From: Rhodospirillaceae bacterium
GTDB lineage: Bacteria; Pseudomonadota; Alphaproteobacteria; MPNO01; UBA2964
Length of the DNA stretch: 64,000 nucleotides
Reading direction: 5' to 3'
Assembly: GCA_002709075.1 (NCBI GenBank)
Contig: PAPV01000002.1
Coordinates: 31,098-95,097 of the forward strand
The translations under genes were made by a program, and so were the position numbers. Shown here piece by piece: positions 31,978 through 43,213 of the stretch. Below the pieces are notes generated by a model, which did not search any database, was not told the DNA's origin, and was given only the letters and a program-made list of their open reading frames with translations. How positions within the stretch are numbered: position 1 is the stretch's first letter; each line of letters begins with the position of its first letter.

Positions 31978-32870
31978 GTCATGCGCCTTAGTATTATCTT
32001 TGCCGTTAAGTTTGCAGTAACGGTGCTAATGAATATGGCAGTCAAACCTATTCCGCCTACACCCAACCACTGAAATGCAGTAAGGTGAACAGGCGGAATT
32101 AAGCCTATTCCAACGCCTTCCATTATACTACCAAGAAACAAAAGTGTGGCGCTGGAAGTTATTAAACCACAAAGTCCGCCTTTTATTGCTAATTTAAATG
32201 TATTTATTGAGAACTGATTCCTAATAAATTCTTCACGAGCGCCAATAAAATGCGTTAACTCGATAATTTCTGAATGAATAGTTAATCCTGTCCGCGTTGA
32301 GAACACAACGGTAGTGATTGCAGAAATTATGACCAATACCATTATTGTCAAAGCTACAATACGAATAGCTTGAGTGAATTCTAACAAGCGATCTACCCAA
32401 AGCGCATGATCATTTAGTCTCACACCTTTAACAGTTGCTTTTAGTGATGCAGAAAGTGCATCCGTATTGATGACCATATTTTTTTTTAGACGCGCATCGA
32501 TTAAAACAGGAATAGGAATGCCCAGTTCGGTAGAAAGTGATTTTTCGCCAAGCCAGGGTTGTAACATTTTATTAATTTCATCAAGTGTTACAACGGAGGC
32601 AGATTCGATGGCAGGAATCTTAGAGAGAAGCGCAAGAAGTTTCTGGGTTTTATTTTTAAGTATTTGAGTATCATCATTTTCCGAAGGTATAATCTGTATT
32701 GTAATTGCGCCAGTCAAAACCCCTTCCCAATTTTTGCTGATATTTGATAGTATCATTGATGCTGCAAAAGCAAGTGTGGCGAGCCATACCATGAAGCCAA
32801 TAATCCATGGTAGAAATCGGTTTGATGGATCGCTGGATAATGGTAAGATAGGTTTAACAAAACTTTTCAC
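31974..32870 (-). CDS. ftsX: cell division ABC transporter permease FtsX
   Basis: TM1, periplasmic loop (LQPWLG, PVLID), then three TMs; IIELTHFIGA; overlaps the ftsE stop. Confidence 0.88.
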   Translation of the reverse strand: MKSFVKPILPLSSDPSNRFLPWIIGFMVWLATLAFAASMILSNISKNWEGVLTGAITIQIIPSENDDTQILKNKTQKLLALLSKIPAIESASVVTLDEINKMLQPWLGEKSLSTELGIPIPVLIDARLKKNMVINTDALSASLKATVKGVRLNDHALWVDRLLEFTQAIRIVALTIMVLVIISAITTVVFSTRTGLTIHSEIIELTHFIGAREEFIRNQFSINTFKLAIKGGLCGLITSSATLLFLGSIMEGVGIGLIPPVHLTAFQWLGVGGIGLTAIFISTVTANLTAKIILRRMT

Positions 32871-33571
32871 CTGATTGCTCCATTTGTTACGGAACCCTCA
32901 GGGAAATTGAGATGTCCGCTTTCCAAATGTAACCTCGGTAAATCAAAGCGTGAAATTAAGGTTTCGTCATGCGTAGCAACAATAATAGTTGTTCCAATTT
33001 TATTTAATTCTTTTAAAAGAAACATAAATTTCAATGCTATTTGGTCATCAACATTTCCAGTAGGTTCATCCGCTAAAAGCAAGGATGGTCGTGCAATGAC
33101 CGCTCTGGCGATGGCAACACGCTGTTTTTGGCCCCCGGATAGTGTCTCAGGATAATCATGTAAATGTTTTCCCAAACCTACCCAATCTAGCAGTTCGGGC
33201 ACATGTTCTTTCACCTGAACTTCGGAGGCGCCAGCAATACGAAGCGGCAGAGCAACATTATCTAAAGTTGTTAGGCTCGGAATTAAACGAAAGTTTTGGA
33301 ATACCACGCCGATCCGCTGACGAATCCCCGGTAATTCACTACGGTTGATTTTTGTAACGTCCTTTCCAAATAGCCTTATCTTTCCTCTGCTTGGTAGATG
33401 TGCAAGGTAGAGGAGCTTTAAAAGTGTTGATTTCCCCGCTCCACTAGATCCTGTGATGAAGGTAAAAGATCCCTTTTCAAGTGTGAACGATATATCGAGT
33501 AAAATTTCCTGGCTTATACCATAACGCATGCCAACATTCTCAAAGCACACAATTTTATTCTTCTCTTTCAA
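32867..33571 (-). CDS. ftsE: cell division ATP-binding protein FtsE
   Basis: ENVGMRYG, GSSGAGKST, IGVVFQNFRL, LSGGQKQR, ADEPTGNVD, ATHD. Confidence 0.95.
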   Translation of the reverse strand: MKEKNKIVCFENVGMRYGISQEILLDISFTLEKGSFTFITGSSGAGKSTLLKLLYLAHLPSRGKIRLFGKDVTKINRSELPGIRQRIGVVFQNFRLIPSLTTLDNVALPLRIAGASEVQVKEHVPELLDWVGLGKHLHDYPETLSGGQKQRVAIARAVIARPSLLLADEPTGNVDDQIALKFMFLLKELNKIGTTIIVATHDETLISRFDLPRLHLESGHLNFPEGSVTNGAIR

Positions 33572-33740
33572 TGATTTTCCCCGTCACTCCATGTTTTTAA
33601 AGTCTGCATTGCATTTACAAACCAGTCTAGAGGTCAACCTCTTTATCGCGTGTCTTCTTGCCCTAAACAAAGATTACTTTTATACATCAATAAATAATGC
33701 GCTTTAAGATTGTTTCTAGAGGTATTTGACGCAGCACCCC

Positions 33741-34478
33741 ATGATACTAAAATGTCCCAAATGTCAAATAAGATATCGCATCGATAAGGATGAATTTGGT
33801 TTAGATGTACGTACTGTTCGGTGCAGCAAATGTTCTCACGTTTGGGATCAAGCGCCTATAAGCTCGGTAGAAGTAGAAACTAATGCTGCTAGCTCAACTG
33901 TTGCAAAAAAGAATAGTCCTCCAAACAGACTATCTTCTTCACCAAAGATCCAAACCAATTTGCAGCGCGTTGATAGAGAGGTTCAACCCGCAAAACACAA
34001 AAGAAATATCGCGGACGGCAGCAAAAAGGGCGGCACTACGTCGCTCGTAGTCTGGTTGATAATTGTCACAATATTGCTGATATCAGCATTTTTTACTTAT
34101 TTGAAACGGGAAGAATTAATGGATCAATTTCCGTTTACCGAACAATTATTCGATTTAGTTGGGGTTGAGACATTGCCACCAAGTAGGTTCTTTAAAATAA
34201 CTGTTCGAGAGAAAAACCTAAGCAACACACCTTTTCCAACAATTGATATTGATATTGAAAATATCTCCAACCGTCCTCGCGTCATACCGGTTTTAAAAAT
34301 AGTAATAAGAGATCGATTTAGAAATGTGGTTGATAGCTGGAACCTTCCACTTGAAGCAGTTAAAATTATGCCAGCGGAGAAAAAGCCAATAACAATTGAA
34401 ATCAAAAAAGGTCCACCGCTGGGTGCGCAAATACAGATTTATCCCCATCGCCGGAATAAAACAAATGAACAAAGATGA
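33741..34478 (+). CDS. MJ0042-type zinc-ribbon bitopic membrane protein (ZitP-like)
   Basis: MILKCPKCQIRY...VRCSKCSHVW zinc ribbon, low-complexity linker, single TM, periplasmic domain; divergent from ftsE. Confidence 0.8.
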   Translation: MILKCPKCQIRYRIDKDEFGLDVRTVRCSKCSHVWDQAPISSVEVETNAASSTVAKKNSPPNRLSSSPKIQTNLQRVDREVQPAKHKRNIADGSKKGGTTSLVVWLIIVTILLISAFFTYLKREELMDQFPFTEQLFDLVGVETLPPSRFFKITVREKNLSNTPFPTIDIDIENISNRPRVIPVLKIVIRDRFRNVVDSWNLPLEAVKIMPAEKKPITIEIKKGPPLGAQIQIYPHRRNKTNEQR

Positions 34479-35025
34479 GGTCGATTTACTTTTTGATGCG
34501 CAGACAATTTCAAAGAGAATTTCTTCCCTTGGATGTGCAATTGCTAAAAACGAACCATCAGATCTATTTGTTGTAGTTATCTTAAAGGGAAGTTTTGTTT
34601 TTGCCGCAGATTTAATTCGTGCGATTGAAGATGCTGGTACTTCAACCAAAGTAGATTTTATCACTCTTTCTAGTTATGGTTCTGGTTATGAAAGTAGTGG
34701 AACAGTCAAACTAGTTCATGATTTGTCGGAGAGCGTGAAGGGTAGGACGGTGCTTATCGTGGATGATATTCTTGAGTCAGGTAGGACTATAGCATTTGCA
34801 CGCGATACAATGCGAAAACGTCAAGCAAAAACAGTTAAAACATGTTTACTGCTCGACAAACCGAAAAAACGTATTGTTGACATCGAAGCAGATTATCTTG
34901 GTTTCAAGATTGAGGATCAATTTGTGGTAGGATATGGGATTGATTTAGCGAATCGCTATCGTGGGTTGCCATTTTTAGGTGTAGTGCCTTCTGGCCTTGA
35001 TCAAACCAGCATTGAAAAAATTTAA
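34465..35025 (+). CDS. hpt: hypoxanthine phosphoribosyltransferase
   Basis: ILKGSFVFAADL, SSYG, IVDDILESGRT, LLDKP, FVVGYGID..RYRGLP. Start at the ATG at 34465. Confidence 0.95.
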   Translation: MNKDEVDLLFDAQTISKRISSLGCAIAKNEPSDLFVVVILKGSFVFAADLIRAIEDAGTSTKVDFITLSSYGSGYESSGTVKLVHDLSESVKGRTVLIVDDILESGRTIAFARDTMRKRQAKTVKTCLLLDKPKKRIVDIEADYLGFKIEDQFVVGYGIDLANRYRGLPFLGVVPSGLDQTSIEKI

Positions 35026-35208
35026 ACTTTTTTATCTATAAATTTTCCAAAATTTTCGTATTCTTTGAGTTTTACATCTTTTTAGAGGTAAATTCATTTA
35101 ACCATATTACACCCATAACATTGGGTTGATGCTGGTTAAGGCAAACGAAAGACACTGATATCAAATCCATCATCGGAAGACCTAAAGCAGATTTAGTCAA
35201 TTAAAAGT

Positions 35209-36465
35209 TCAAAGCCATGAAGGGATGCGGTCTAACGATAAGATATGGGAGTAAGTCGGTCTTGGACGAATTATCGAAAATTCTTGATCTTTGACTAAAA
35301 CTTCGGGCGTTGGCAGGCGCGTATTGTACGATGATCCCATGACTGCTCCGTAAGCGCCAGCGGAACAAAGAGCAATCAAATCATGGGAAGTTAAATTTGG
35401 CAGGTGAACCTCTCTGACTAAAATATCTCCTGTTTCACAAACCGGGCCAACTATTTGTGCTGGTCTTGCAACACCTTGTGAGACTTCTTTCTCGCATAAA
35501 ATACAATGTTCTGCATCATAAAGTGTTGGACGGATAAAGTCATTCATTGCCGCGTCAACTATCACAAATCTGTGCACTGCTGTTTCTTTGATAAAAATTA
35601 CCTTTGAAACGAGTATTCCAGCATTAGCAACTAAAAACCTTCCGGGTTCAACGGTAATCTCAACATCTAGTCCACCAATAGTTTCATTGATAACTTTTGC
35701 ATAAGACATAGGGGTGGGGGGCGTTTCATCTATATAATTCACACCTAATCCTCCACCCAAATCGACATGAGTAACAGAGTGACCACTGGTACGCAGAACT
35801 TGCACTAGTTTTGACAGTCTCTCGAAGGCATATCTAAACGGTTTCAGAGAAGTAAGTTGGGAGCCAATATGTATTGCGAGCCCAACGGTTTTAAGGCCAG
35901 ACATTTTTGTCGCGCGACCGTAAAGCTCGGGCGTGTCCTCAATGTCTATACCAAATTTGTCGGTCTTACGTCCTGTGGATATCTTTTCATGGGTTTCTGC
36001 ATCCACGTCCGGATTAACACGCAAAGCAACGGGAGCAACCGACCCCATTTTTGAGGCAATATTTGAAATAAGCTCAAGCTCTGGCAAGGACTCTACGTTG
36101 AATTGCCCTATCCTTTCGGTTAATGCAAAATGAATTTCTTCGGCTGTTTTTCCTACCCCAGAAAATACAATTTGATGAGCGGGTATGCCCGCAGCTAAGG
36201 CCCGGAGAAGCTCTCCCTTGCTAACAACATCAGCGCCGCTGCCACGAGCTGCGAGAGTTTTTATAACAGCTTGATTGGAATTTGCTTTTACTGCATAGCA
36301 AATATTGGCATTTAACGGATGCAACGCAGTATTTAAACTATCATATTGTTTTTCTAATGCTGAACTTGAATAACAAAAAAACGGTGTTCCTACACGATCA
36401 GCAATTTGAGCAATTCCTACCTCCTCAGCAAAAAGGTGACCATTTCGATAATTAAAGTACTTCAT
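35209..36465 (-). CDS. lysA: diaminopimelate decarboxylase
   Basis: YAVKANSN, FSGVGK, HEKISTG, KFG, HIGSQ, EPGR, GPVCETGD, GAYG. Confidence 0.97.
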   Translation of the reverse strand: MKYFNYRNGHLFAEEVGIAQIADRVGTPFFCYSSSALEKQYDSLNTALHPLNANICYAVKANSNQAVIKTLAARGSGADVVSKGELLRALAAGIPAHQIVFSGVGKTAEEIHFALTERIGQFNVESLPELELISNIASKMGSVAPVALRVNPDVDAETHEKISTGRKTDKFGIDIEDTPELYGRATKMSGLKTVGLAIHIGSQLTSLKPFRYAFERLSKLVQVLRTSGHSVTHVDLGGGLGVNYIDETPPTPMSYAKVINETIGGLDVEITVEPGRFLVANAGILVSKVIFIKETAVHRFVIVDAAMNDFIRPTLYDAEHCILCEKEVSQGVARPAQIVGPVCETGDILVREVHLPNLTSHDLIALCSAGAYGAVMGSSYNTRLPTPEVLVKDQEFSIIRPRPTYSHILSLDRIPSWL

Positions 36466-36590
36466 TTTGGATATTTCCGGGAATAAGTATCTATCTGATC
36501 ATTTGGAACTTGGGGGTCTCCTTTTTTTCCACATGATCCGGTTAGAGTTATAAGTGCGAAGTATAATAGCGAAATTATCACCTTTTTCAT
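36462..36590 (-). CDS. lptM: small lipoprotein, LptM/YifL family (absent from ORF track)
   Basis: [42 protein letters not shown] (42 aa). Lipoprotein cysteine followed by CGxKG; ATGA overlaps with both the argH stop and the lysA start. Confidence 0.85.
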   Translation of the reverse strand: MKKVIISLLYFALITLTGSCGKKGDPQVPNDQIDTYSRKYPK

Positions 36591-38011
36591 TTAATGATTC
36601 TTTCCTTAGCTAAACTGATCTGTACTCGTACATTTTCTGGTGATGTCCCCCCATAACTAGTTCGGCTTGAAACGGAATTTGATACGCTCAGCACATCAAA
36701 GATACCTTTGGTTATACCATTTTCTAATTTTTTCAATTCTGTGAGGTTTAAATCAGCTAGGTTGCAGCCTCTTTTTTCTGCTAATCGAACAATTTCTCCA
36801 GTAATGTGGTGTGCTTTTCTGAATGGCATTTTTAGTTCTCTTACCAGCCAATCAGCAAGGTCTGTCGCTGTGCTAAAGCCAGAGCCTGCAGCAACCTGCA
36901 TAGTGTTTCTGTTAAAACGTAAATCTTTAATCATGCCAGTCATAGCGTTCAAACATAATGACAATGAGTCCCATGAGTCGAAAGTTGGTTCTTTGTCTTC
37001 TTGCATATCCTTGGAATATGCAAGTGGTAGGCCTTTTAAGACTGTCAGTAAAGAAATTAGATCGCCGTTAATGCGTCCAGTCTTCGATCGAATTAGTTCA
37101 GCTGCATCAGGGTTTCGCTTCTGCGGCATTATTGAGCTTCCTGTGGTGAAAGAGTCGCTCAGGCAAGCAAAAGAAAATTGTGCTGAACACCATAATACTA
37201 TTTCTTCTGCTAATCGTGACAGATGCATTGCACAAATGGAAGATGCTGACATAAATTCCAATGCAAAATCCCTTGCAGAAACGGAATCCAAAGAATTCGC
37301 TGTTGGTTTTTCGAAGCCGAGTGCTCTCGCGGTCTCATATCTATCAATTGGAAATGATGTTCCGGCGAGTGCAGCAGCGCCAAGTGGACATTCATTTAGG
37401 CGTTTTCGTGCGTCAGAGAAACGCCCCTTATCTCTTCCAAACATCTCAACGTAAGCATGCAAATGATGCCCTAGCGTTATCGGTTGCGCTGCTTGCAAAT
37501 GGGTGAAACCAGGCATGATCCAATCATAATGCAAATCAGCTTGCTCCAGTAACACAGCTTGTAAATCGGTTAGGTATGTATCTGCACGATCTGTTGCATC
37601 ACGTATCCACAATCGAAAATCTGTAGCAACCTGATCATTTCGTGATCTTGCTGTATGCAAACAACCTGCATTGTCTCCTATTAATTCATGCAGACGGCTT
37701 TCGATATTAAGGTGAATATCCTCCATTGAACTTCGAAAATTAAACACACCAGTTTCTATTTCGATAAGTATTCTTTCCAGTCCGGCAATTATTTTATTTC
37801 CGGTCTTGGTGTCCAAAATTTTACTTTTTACAAGCATCATACAGTGCGATTTGGATGCTTCTATATCCTGAAGGTATAACCGCTGATCGAAATTGATTGA
37901 AGAATTTATTGCCTCCATGATTTTGTCAGGTCCAGATTGAAATCGGCCACCCCACATGCTATTTGAGGCGGTATCTAGTTTGTCTTGATTTTTCTTTTGG
38001 TTGTCGGTCAT
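36587..38011 (-). CDS. argH: argininosuccinate lyase
   Basis: [51 protein letters not shown]. Confidence 0.98.
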   Translation of the reverse strand: MTDNQKKNQDKLDTASNSMWGGRFQSGPDKIMEAINSSINFDQRLYLQDIEASKSHCMMLVKSKILDTKTGNKIIAGLERILIEIETGVFNFRSSMEDIHLNIESRLHELIGDNAGCLHTARSRNDQVATDFRLWIRDATDRADTYLTDLQAVLLEQADLHYDWIMPGFTHLQAAQPITLGHHLHAYVEMFGRDKGRFSDARKRLNECPLGAAALAGTSFPIDRYETARALGFEKPTANSLDSVSARDFALEFMSASSICAMHLSRLAEEIVLWCSAQFSFACLSDSFTTGSSIMPQKRNPDAAELIRSKTGRINGDLISLLTVLKGLPLAYSKDMQEDKEPTFDSWDSLSLCLNAMTGMIKDLRFNRNTMQVAAGSGFSTATDLADWLVRELKMPFRKAHHITGEIVRLAEKRGCNLADLNLTELKKLENGITKGIFDVLSVSNSVSSRTSYGGTSPENVRVQISLAKERIIK

Positions 38012-38040
38012 AAGCTTATCTCTTAGCAGGAATACTTAAA

Positions 38041-38607
38041 GTGTCTCGATTTACATTAAAGGTATTAGTTTTTCTATCACTATTACTAGCTCTTTGCTTT
38101 TTTTTCATCGTGAAATCCAATAAAAATGACCAGTATCCACCTCTTTCAGGTTGGATGGAGAAATTTGTTGCAGTGGACGTGCGTTCGAAGCCCGCAGAAT
38201 TTTCTTTGCAAGGACGTAATGGTTCCAATAAGGTGTTCTCTGAGTGGAGAGGTAAAATCACTCTTGTAAATTTTTGGGCAACTTGGTGTTCTCCATGCGT
38301 TCGTGAATTGCCATCGTTGATGCGTCTTTCTCAAAAACTGGATAATAAAAACTTTGCTGTAGTTGCTTTATCACAGGATTCTTCAGGTTGGAGAAAGATT
38401 ATCCCTTTCATTCAAAAAAACAACTTACATTCACTGCCTGTGTACCTGGCACTAAATGGCTCATTTTTGTCCTCGTTTAATGTTAGAGCGTTGCCCACTT
38501 CAATTCTTTTTGATCGTGAGGGGCATGAAATTGGACGCCTCACTGGGCATGCAGAATGGGATAGTGCAGAGGCATTAGAACTAATACAACATTACTCCAA
38601 GGAATAA
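38041..38607 (+). CDS. tlpA: TlpA-family membrane-anchored thioredoxin
   Basis: N-terminal TM, VNFWATWCSPCVRELPSL, LPTS, G.AEWDS; divergent from argH. Confidence 0.88.
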   Translation: MSRFTLKVLVFLSLLLALCFFFIVKSNKNDQYPPLSGWMEKFVAVDVRSKPAEFSLQGRNGSNKVFSEWRGKITLVNFWATWCSPCVRELPSLMRLSQKLDNKNFAVVALSQDSSGWRKIIPFIQKNNLHSLPVYLALNGSFLSSFNVRALPTSILFDREGHEIGRLTGHAEWDSAEALELIQHYSKE

Positions 38608-38609
38608 AT

Positions 38610-39554
38610 TTAACGAGTTGGAACTGGTTCTTCGCCTGAATAATCATAAAATCCTCTACCAGTCTTTCTGCCTAGCCAACCAGCTTCGACATATTTAGCA
38701 AGAAGTGGACAGGGCCGATATTTACTATCCCCTAGTCCATCATATAGCACTTGCATTATTGAATAACACGTATCCAGCCCTATAAAATCAGCTAATTCTA
38801 AGGGCCCCATCGGGTGATTGGCTCCGAGTTTCATGGCAGTGTCAAGATCAACTACAGATCCTACCCCCTCATGTAGGGTGTAGACTGCCTCATTAATCAT
38901 CGGCAATAGTATTCTGTTTACAATAAACGCAGGAAAATCCTCCGAATTAACTGTAGATTTCCCGAGCGCAGTTGCAAAAATACCTATTTGCGTGTAAGTT
39001 TCCGAACTTGTCGCGATTCCCCGAATCAATTCTACTAGCTTCATTACTGGTACTGGGTTCATAAAATGGAGACCCATAAATTTTTCTGGGCGATCGGTGG
39101 AAGCTGCTAATCTTGTTATTGATATAGATGAGGTGTTTGTTGCCAAAAATGTTTCCGTGTTGAGGTAGGGTATGAGATTTCTAAAAATTGTCTTCTTGAT
39201 TTCTTCTTCTTCGGTTGCCGCTTCAATTACAAGGTCGCATTCGCCAATATTGTTATAATCCGTTGTAGGGGTAATATTTTTGATCGTTTTTTCCATTTTC
39301 TCAACCGTGCATTGCTTCTTTTCGATCAGACGGTTGAGCCTCTTCTCAATTGCGTTAATTGACCTTTTAAGAATATCGTCACTTATATCGACAAGTGTTA
39401 CTTGAAAACCTCCTTGCCCTGAAATCTGAGCAATACCGCTGCCCATTTGTCCAGCACCAATTACCCCTACATTTCTGATTACTAGGGGTTCTACTGCTTT
39501 ATCCCTGTTTTGTTTGGCTGGGTTTTTTTCTGTATCCATCATTGGATTTAGCAC
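38610..39554 (-). CDS. hbd: 3-hydroxybutyryl-CoA dehydrogenase
   Basis: [56 protein letters not shown]. Start uncertain. Confidence 0.93.
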   Translation of the reverse strand: MLNPMMDTEKNPAKQNRDKAVEPLVIRNVGVIGAGQMGSGIAQISGQGGFQVTLVDISDDILKRSINAIEKRLNRLIEKKQCTVEKMEKTIKNITPTTDYNNIGECDLVIEAATEEEEIKKTIFRNLIPYLNTETFLATNTSSISITRLAASTDRPEKFMGLHFMNPVPVMKLVELIRGIATSSETYTQIGIFATALGKSTVNSEDFPAFIVNRILLPMINEAVYTLHEGVGSVVDLDTAMKLGANHPMGPLELADFIGLDTCYSIMQVLYDGLGDSKYRPCPLLAKYVEAGWLGRKTGRGFYDYSGEEPVPTR

Positions 39555-39606
39555 TTTTACTTTTTAGCAATAGGGTCTTATAGCGTGACACATATTTTTG
39601 CTTTTC

Positions 39607-40563
39607 TCAACGTGGTTTGATTGCCTGTTTGTCTAGTTCTTCTGCAAGGTGGGGCATTAACTCGAACAGATCTCCAACAAGACCGTAGTCAGCTATTTGG
39701 AAAATTGGTGCTTCTTCATCTTTATTGATAGCTGCTATTACTTTGCTATCTTTCATCCCGGCAAGGTGCTGTATGGCCCCAGAAATACCAACTGCAAGAT
39801 AAAGCTCAGGAGCAATGACTTTACCAGTCTGTCCCACTTGATAATCATTAGGCACGTAGCCGGCGTCCACGGCTGCACGCGATGCGCCGACAGCGGCGCC
39901 AAGACGATCCGCTACTGCTTCCACCAGAGGAAAATTATCACCTGATTGCATTCCACGCCCTCCAGAGACAACTACACGGGCCGATGTAAGCTCTGGTCTC
40001 TCTGATTTTGTTAATTCCTGACCAATAAAATTTGATATGCCAGGGTCATCGACTGCGTTTAATTCTTCAATATTCGCATTTCCACCGTCTGATTGAGCTT
40101 TTTCAAATGCAGTGGTTCGAACAGTGACGACCATTCTCTCATCATCAGTCTGCACAGTAGCAAGCGCATTACCAGCATAGATTGGTCTTACATAAGTTTT
40201 TGGGTCCTTTACATCTATTATGTCCGAGACCTGAATTTGATCAAGTAATGCAGCTACTCTTGGTGCTATATTTCGGCCCATAGTGGTATGCGGTGCCACT
40301 ATATGCGTGTAATTTCCGGAAAGACTAACTACGAGCGCAGCCACAGGCTCCGCCAGCCATGATTTATATGATGGGGAATCGGCGTATTTTACTGTCGCAA
40401 CTCCCTTAAAATTTGATGCATTTTCTGCAACTTCCTTGCATTCATTTCCAACGCAAAGCAGATCCACTTCTCCGCCAGATATTACTTGTGCTGCAGTGAT
40501 CGTGTTGAGTGTGCTATCTTTAATTTGATTATTGTCGTGCTCAGCAATAACAAGTACCGCCAT
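39607..40563 (-). CDS. etfA: electron transfer flavoprotein alpha subunit
   Basis: [44 protein letters not shown]. Confidence 0.97.
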   Translation of the reverse strand: MAVLVIAEHDNNQIKDSTLNTITAAQVISGGEVDLLCVGNECKEVAENASNFKGVATVKYADSPSYKSWLAEPVAALVVSLSGNYTHIVAPHTTMGRNIAPRVAALLDQIQVSDIIDVKDPKTYVRPIYAGNALATVQTDDERMVVTVRTTAFEKAQSDGGNANIEELNAVDDPGISNFIGQELTKSERPELTSARVVVSGGRGMQSGDNFPLVEAVADRLGAAVGASRAAVDAGYVPNDYQVGQTGKVIAPELYLAVGISGAIQHLAGMKDSKVIAAINKDEEAPIFQIADYGLVGDLFELMPHLAEELDKQAIKPR

Positions 40564-41312
40564 TATATTACTCCTGCTTCATTTTTCAATTTTTCGACTA
40601 ATTCTGTTACATCTGCAACTTTATGCCCTCCTTCACGAGGCGGTGGTTCATCAACTCGCAATGTTCGAATGCGCGGAGTTACGTCAACACCAAGATCAAT
40701 CGGAGTGTATTCTGTTATAGGTTTCTTTTTAGCCTTCATTATATTCGGAAGCGATGCATACCGTGGCTCATTTAAGCGAAGGTCAGTCGTTACAACCGCC
40801 GGTAGTTTTAAAGCTACTGTCTCTAGTCCACCGTCAATTTCTCTCGTTACCTTTAGTTCCTGGTCCATAAATTCCAGTTTTGAGGCGAAGGTGCCTTGTG
40901 GCCAACCCAAAAGTGCTGCCAGCATTTGACCAGTTTGGCTGCAATCATCATCAATAGCTTGTTTACCTAAAACTACCAAATCAGGTGATTCCTTTTCTAC
41001 TAATCCTTTGAGCAACTTAGCCACAGCAAGAGGTTGCAGTTCTTCATTACTTACTAAATGGATACCCCTATCAGCACCCATTGCCATTGCTGTGCGAATA
41101 GTCTCGGTACATTTACTTTCGCCCATAGAAACTGCTATCACTTCGGTTGCTTTTCCTGACTCAGAAAGTCTGACTGCTTCTTCCACCGCAATTTCATCAA
41201 AAGGGTTCATTGACATTTTTACATTTGTAAGTTCGACACCGGAATTATCACCCTTAACGCGAACCTTTACATTATAATCGACGACACGTTTAACTGCGAC
41301 CAATATTTTCAT
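40563..41312 (-). CDS. etfB: electron transfer flavoprotein beta subunit
   Basis: [43 protein letters not shown]. Confidence 0.97.
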   Translation of the reverse strand: MKILVAVKRVVDYNVKVRVKGDNSGVELTNVKMSMNPFDEIAVEEAVRLSESGKATEVIAVSMGESKCTETIRTAMAMGADRGIHLVSNEELQPLAVAKLLKGLVEKESPDLVVLGKQAIDDDCSQTGQMLAALLGWPQGTFASKLEFMDQELKVTREIDGGLETVALKLPAVVTTDLRLNEPRYASLPNIMKAKKKPITEYTPIDLGVDVTPRIRTLRVDEPPPREGGHKVADVTELVEKLKNEAGVI

Positions 41313-41449
41313 GATACCTCTGTATTACTAGGAAATAACCTAACTACCTACTCTCCAGATTATGTTAAAATTGTTTGTACACAAACAAAAATACCTTATC
41401 TACTCAGATGTCAAGTTGGTTCTTGCTTGCAAAAAGACAACCGTTGGAT

Positions 41450-41638
41450 TTATTGGCTAACTAGAAAGACAATACCAAGCAGTATAATCGTCGCAAACTG
41501 AAAAAATACGCGCAACTGCATTAGTTTATTAGACCATTTACTATTCATTCTTCCCTGATGTATCATACCAACAACACCTATAATCAGCATTACAAGAGTT
41601 GCTAGCATAGCTATGACGAGCAGGATAGAAAAAATCAT
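41450..41638 (-). CDS. twin-transmembrane-helix small protein (HIG1-like)
   Basis: Two hydrophobic helices joined by SNKLMQLRVFFQ; usual position upstream of etfB. Confidence 0.85.
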   Translation of the reverse strand: MIFSILLVIAMLATLVMLIIGVVGMIHQGRMNSKWSNKLMQLRVFFQFATIILLGIVFLVSQ

Positions 41639-41717
41639 GTGGCTAATATAACCTAAATTTTATTATTTTGGATAGAGTTAACTTTTTTCTAATTAGGAAT
41701 TGCGGTAGGAATGTTAC

Positions 41718-42566
41718 ATGAGTTTTCTTGACCGCGTCCTTGAGTGTAATAATGCAGCTAGCATAGATGGCGTTTTACCTTTTCTCTGCGAAGAAATTCG
41801 TGTTGGGTGGGTGGAAGCAAAGTTTGCAGCAGCACTAGCTAGTTTTCCGGAAGTCTTTTCCTTCGGACCCGATGGAATATCGATTATAGAGGATTTAATT
41901 GGTTACAATGAACGAACACTTGCCATGGATAAAGTTGTACGTTCATTAAAATCAGAAGGTTGGTTCGGTGATTGGAGAGATGAGAGGTATCCAGTAGGAA
42001 CTAGCTTTTATGAAAAATCATTTTTTGAAATTGAGCGTTCAGCTGTACCGAGGTTTGGGATTAGGGCATATGGCGTTCATGTAAACGGGTTTGTGCGATC
42101 TGTTGAGGGAATACATTTATGGATTGGAAGGCGGTCAGCAGATAAAGCTAATTATCCTGAACTTCTCGATAATATGGTTGCGGGTGGACAACCGGTTGGA
42201 ATTAGTCTCATCGAAAACGTAATTAAGGAAGCGAGCGAGGAAGCTTCAATTCCGAGACCAATCGCGGAAAAGGCAATTCCTGTTGGAGCAATCAGCTATT
42301 TCCATCAGTCTGCCGATGGTATTAAGCCTGATATTATGTTCAATTTTGACATGGAGGTTCCAAAAGGATTTGTTCCAAAACCCCGCGACGGTGAAATGTC
42401 ATCCTTTGAACTTATTCCTGTAGAGATGGTTATGCAAATTTGCTCAGAGACTCAAGAATTTAAATTTAATTGTGCGCTCGTTAATATCGACTTTTTTATA
42501 AGACACGGTTTACTCTCTCCCATGCATCCGGATTATTTAAAACTAGTGAGAGGGATGCATAGTTGA
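41718..42566 (+). CDS. DUF4743-Nudix hydrolase (YJR142W/Tnr3-like)
   Basis: WRDERY, IERSA..FGIRAYGVHVNG, LWIGRRS, LDNMVAGG, KEASEEA, DGEM, FKFNC. Confidence 0.87.
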   Translation: MSFLDRVLECNNAASIDGVLPFLCEEIRVGWVEAKFAAALASFPEVFSFGPDGISIIEDLIGYNERTLAMDKVVRSLKSEGWFGDWRDERYPVGTSFYEKSFFEIERSAVPRFGIRAYGVHVNGFVRSVEGIHLWIGRRSADKANYPELLDNMVAGGQPVGISLIENVIKEASEEASIPRPIAEKAIPVGAISYFHQSADGIKPDIMFNFDMEVPKGFVPKPRDGEMSSFELIPVEMVMQICSETQEFKFNCALVNIDFFIRHGLLSPMHPDYLKLVRGMHS

Positions 42567-43213
42567 GACTTTTATTGACCAAGAAACGTTTGGCCGAAGG
42601 TGTTGAATTGCTGTGTTCAAAAGACAAACGTCTGCGTTCAGTCGTAGATCGACTGGGATCGCCTCCGCAATGGTATAGAAGACCAGGATTTCGAACACTA
42701 TTATACCTCATTTTGGAACAACAAGTTTCTCTTGCATCAGCTAGGGCTATTTGGAATAAGCTGGTAGCCCTAAAACAATCAGAACCGACACCGTCTAAGT
42801 TCTTGGAAATAACAGATGAAGAGCTTCGTAGTGTGGGTTTTTCTCGTCAGAAAATACGCTACGGTAGATTGCTTTCCGAAGCGATAATTTTGCGCAGAAT
42901 TAAATTAGATCAACTGCAGAGGTTCGATGATGTCAATGTACATGCCAAACTTACTGCTATCACAGGGATCGGGCGCTGGACGGCCGACGTATATATGATG
43001 GAGGCAATGCGGAGGGCTGATATTTGGCCAGTGGGAGATCTTGCACTGGCCACTAGCGTAACTGAGGTGCTTGGCTTGCAGGGTCGACCAAACGTGGCAG
43101 ATTTGGAAATTATTGGAACAAGATTTAAACCTTGGCGTTCTGTGGCCGCCCGCATTTTTTGGCATCATTATCTTTCGGATCCTAAGCGCAAAGGGAGTTC
43201 TAAACCGACATGA
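42563..43213 (+). CDS. alkA: DNA-3-methyladenine glycosylase II (HhH-GPD)
   Basis: ILEQQVS, GFSRQK, GIGRWTA, DIWPVGDL, PWRSVAA. Confidence 0.88.
   Translation: MRLLLTKKRLAEGVELLCSKDKRLRSVVDRLGSPPQWYRRPGFRTLLYLILEQQVSLASARAIWNKLVALKQSEPTPSKFLEITDEELRSVGFSRQKIRYGRLLSEAIILRRIKLDQLQRFDDVNVHAKLTAITGIGRWTADVYMMEAMRRADIWPVGDLALATSVTEVLGLQGRPNVADLEIIGTRFKPWRSVAARIFWHHYLSDPKRKGSSKPT

Noticed and set aside
35032-35041. Exact BioR-type palindrome TTATCTATAA
   Set aside because: It lies between the convergent 3' ends of hpt and lysA, far from the bio genes; likely chance in AT-rich DNA.
36708-37454. 248-aa plus-strand ORF (and similar long antisense ORFs, e.g. 52291-52992, 57869-58351, 40486-40929)
   Set aside because: They lie antisense to well-conserved genes (argH, znuB, FAD subunit, etfAB) and have no recognisable motifs; shadow ORFs.
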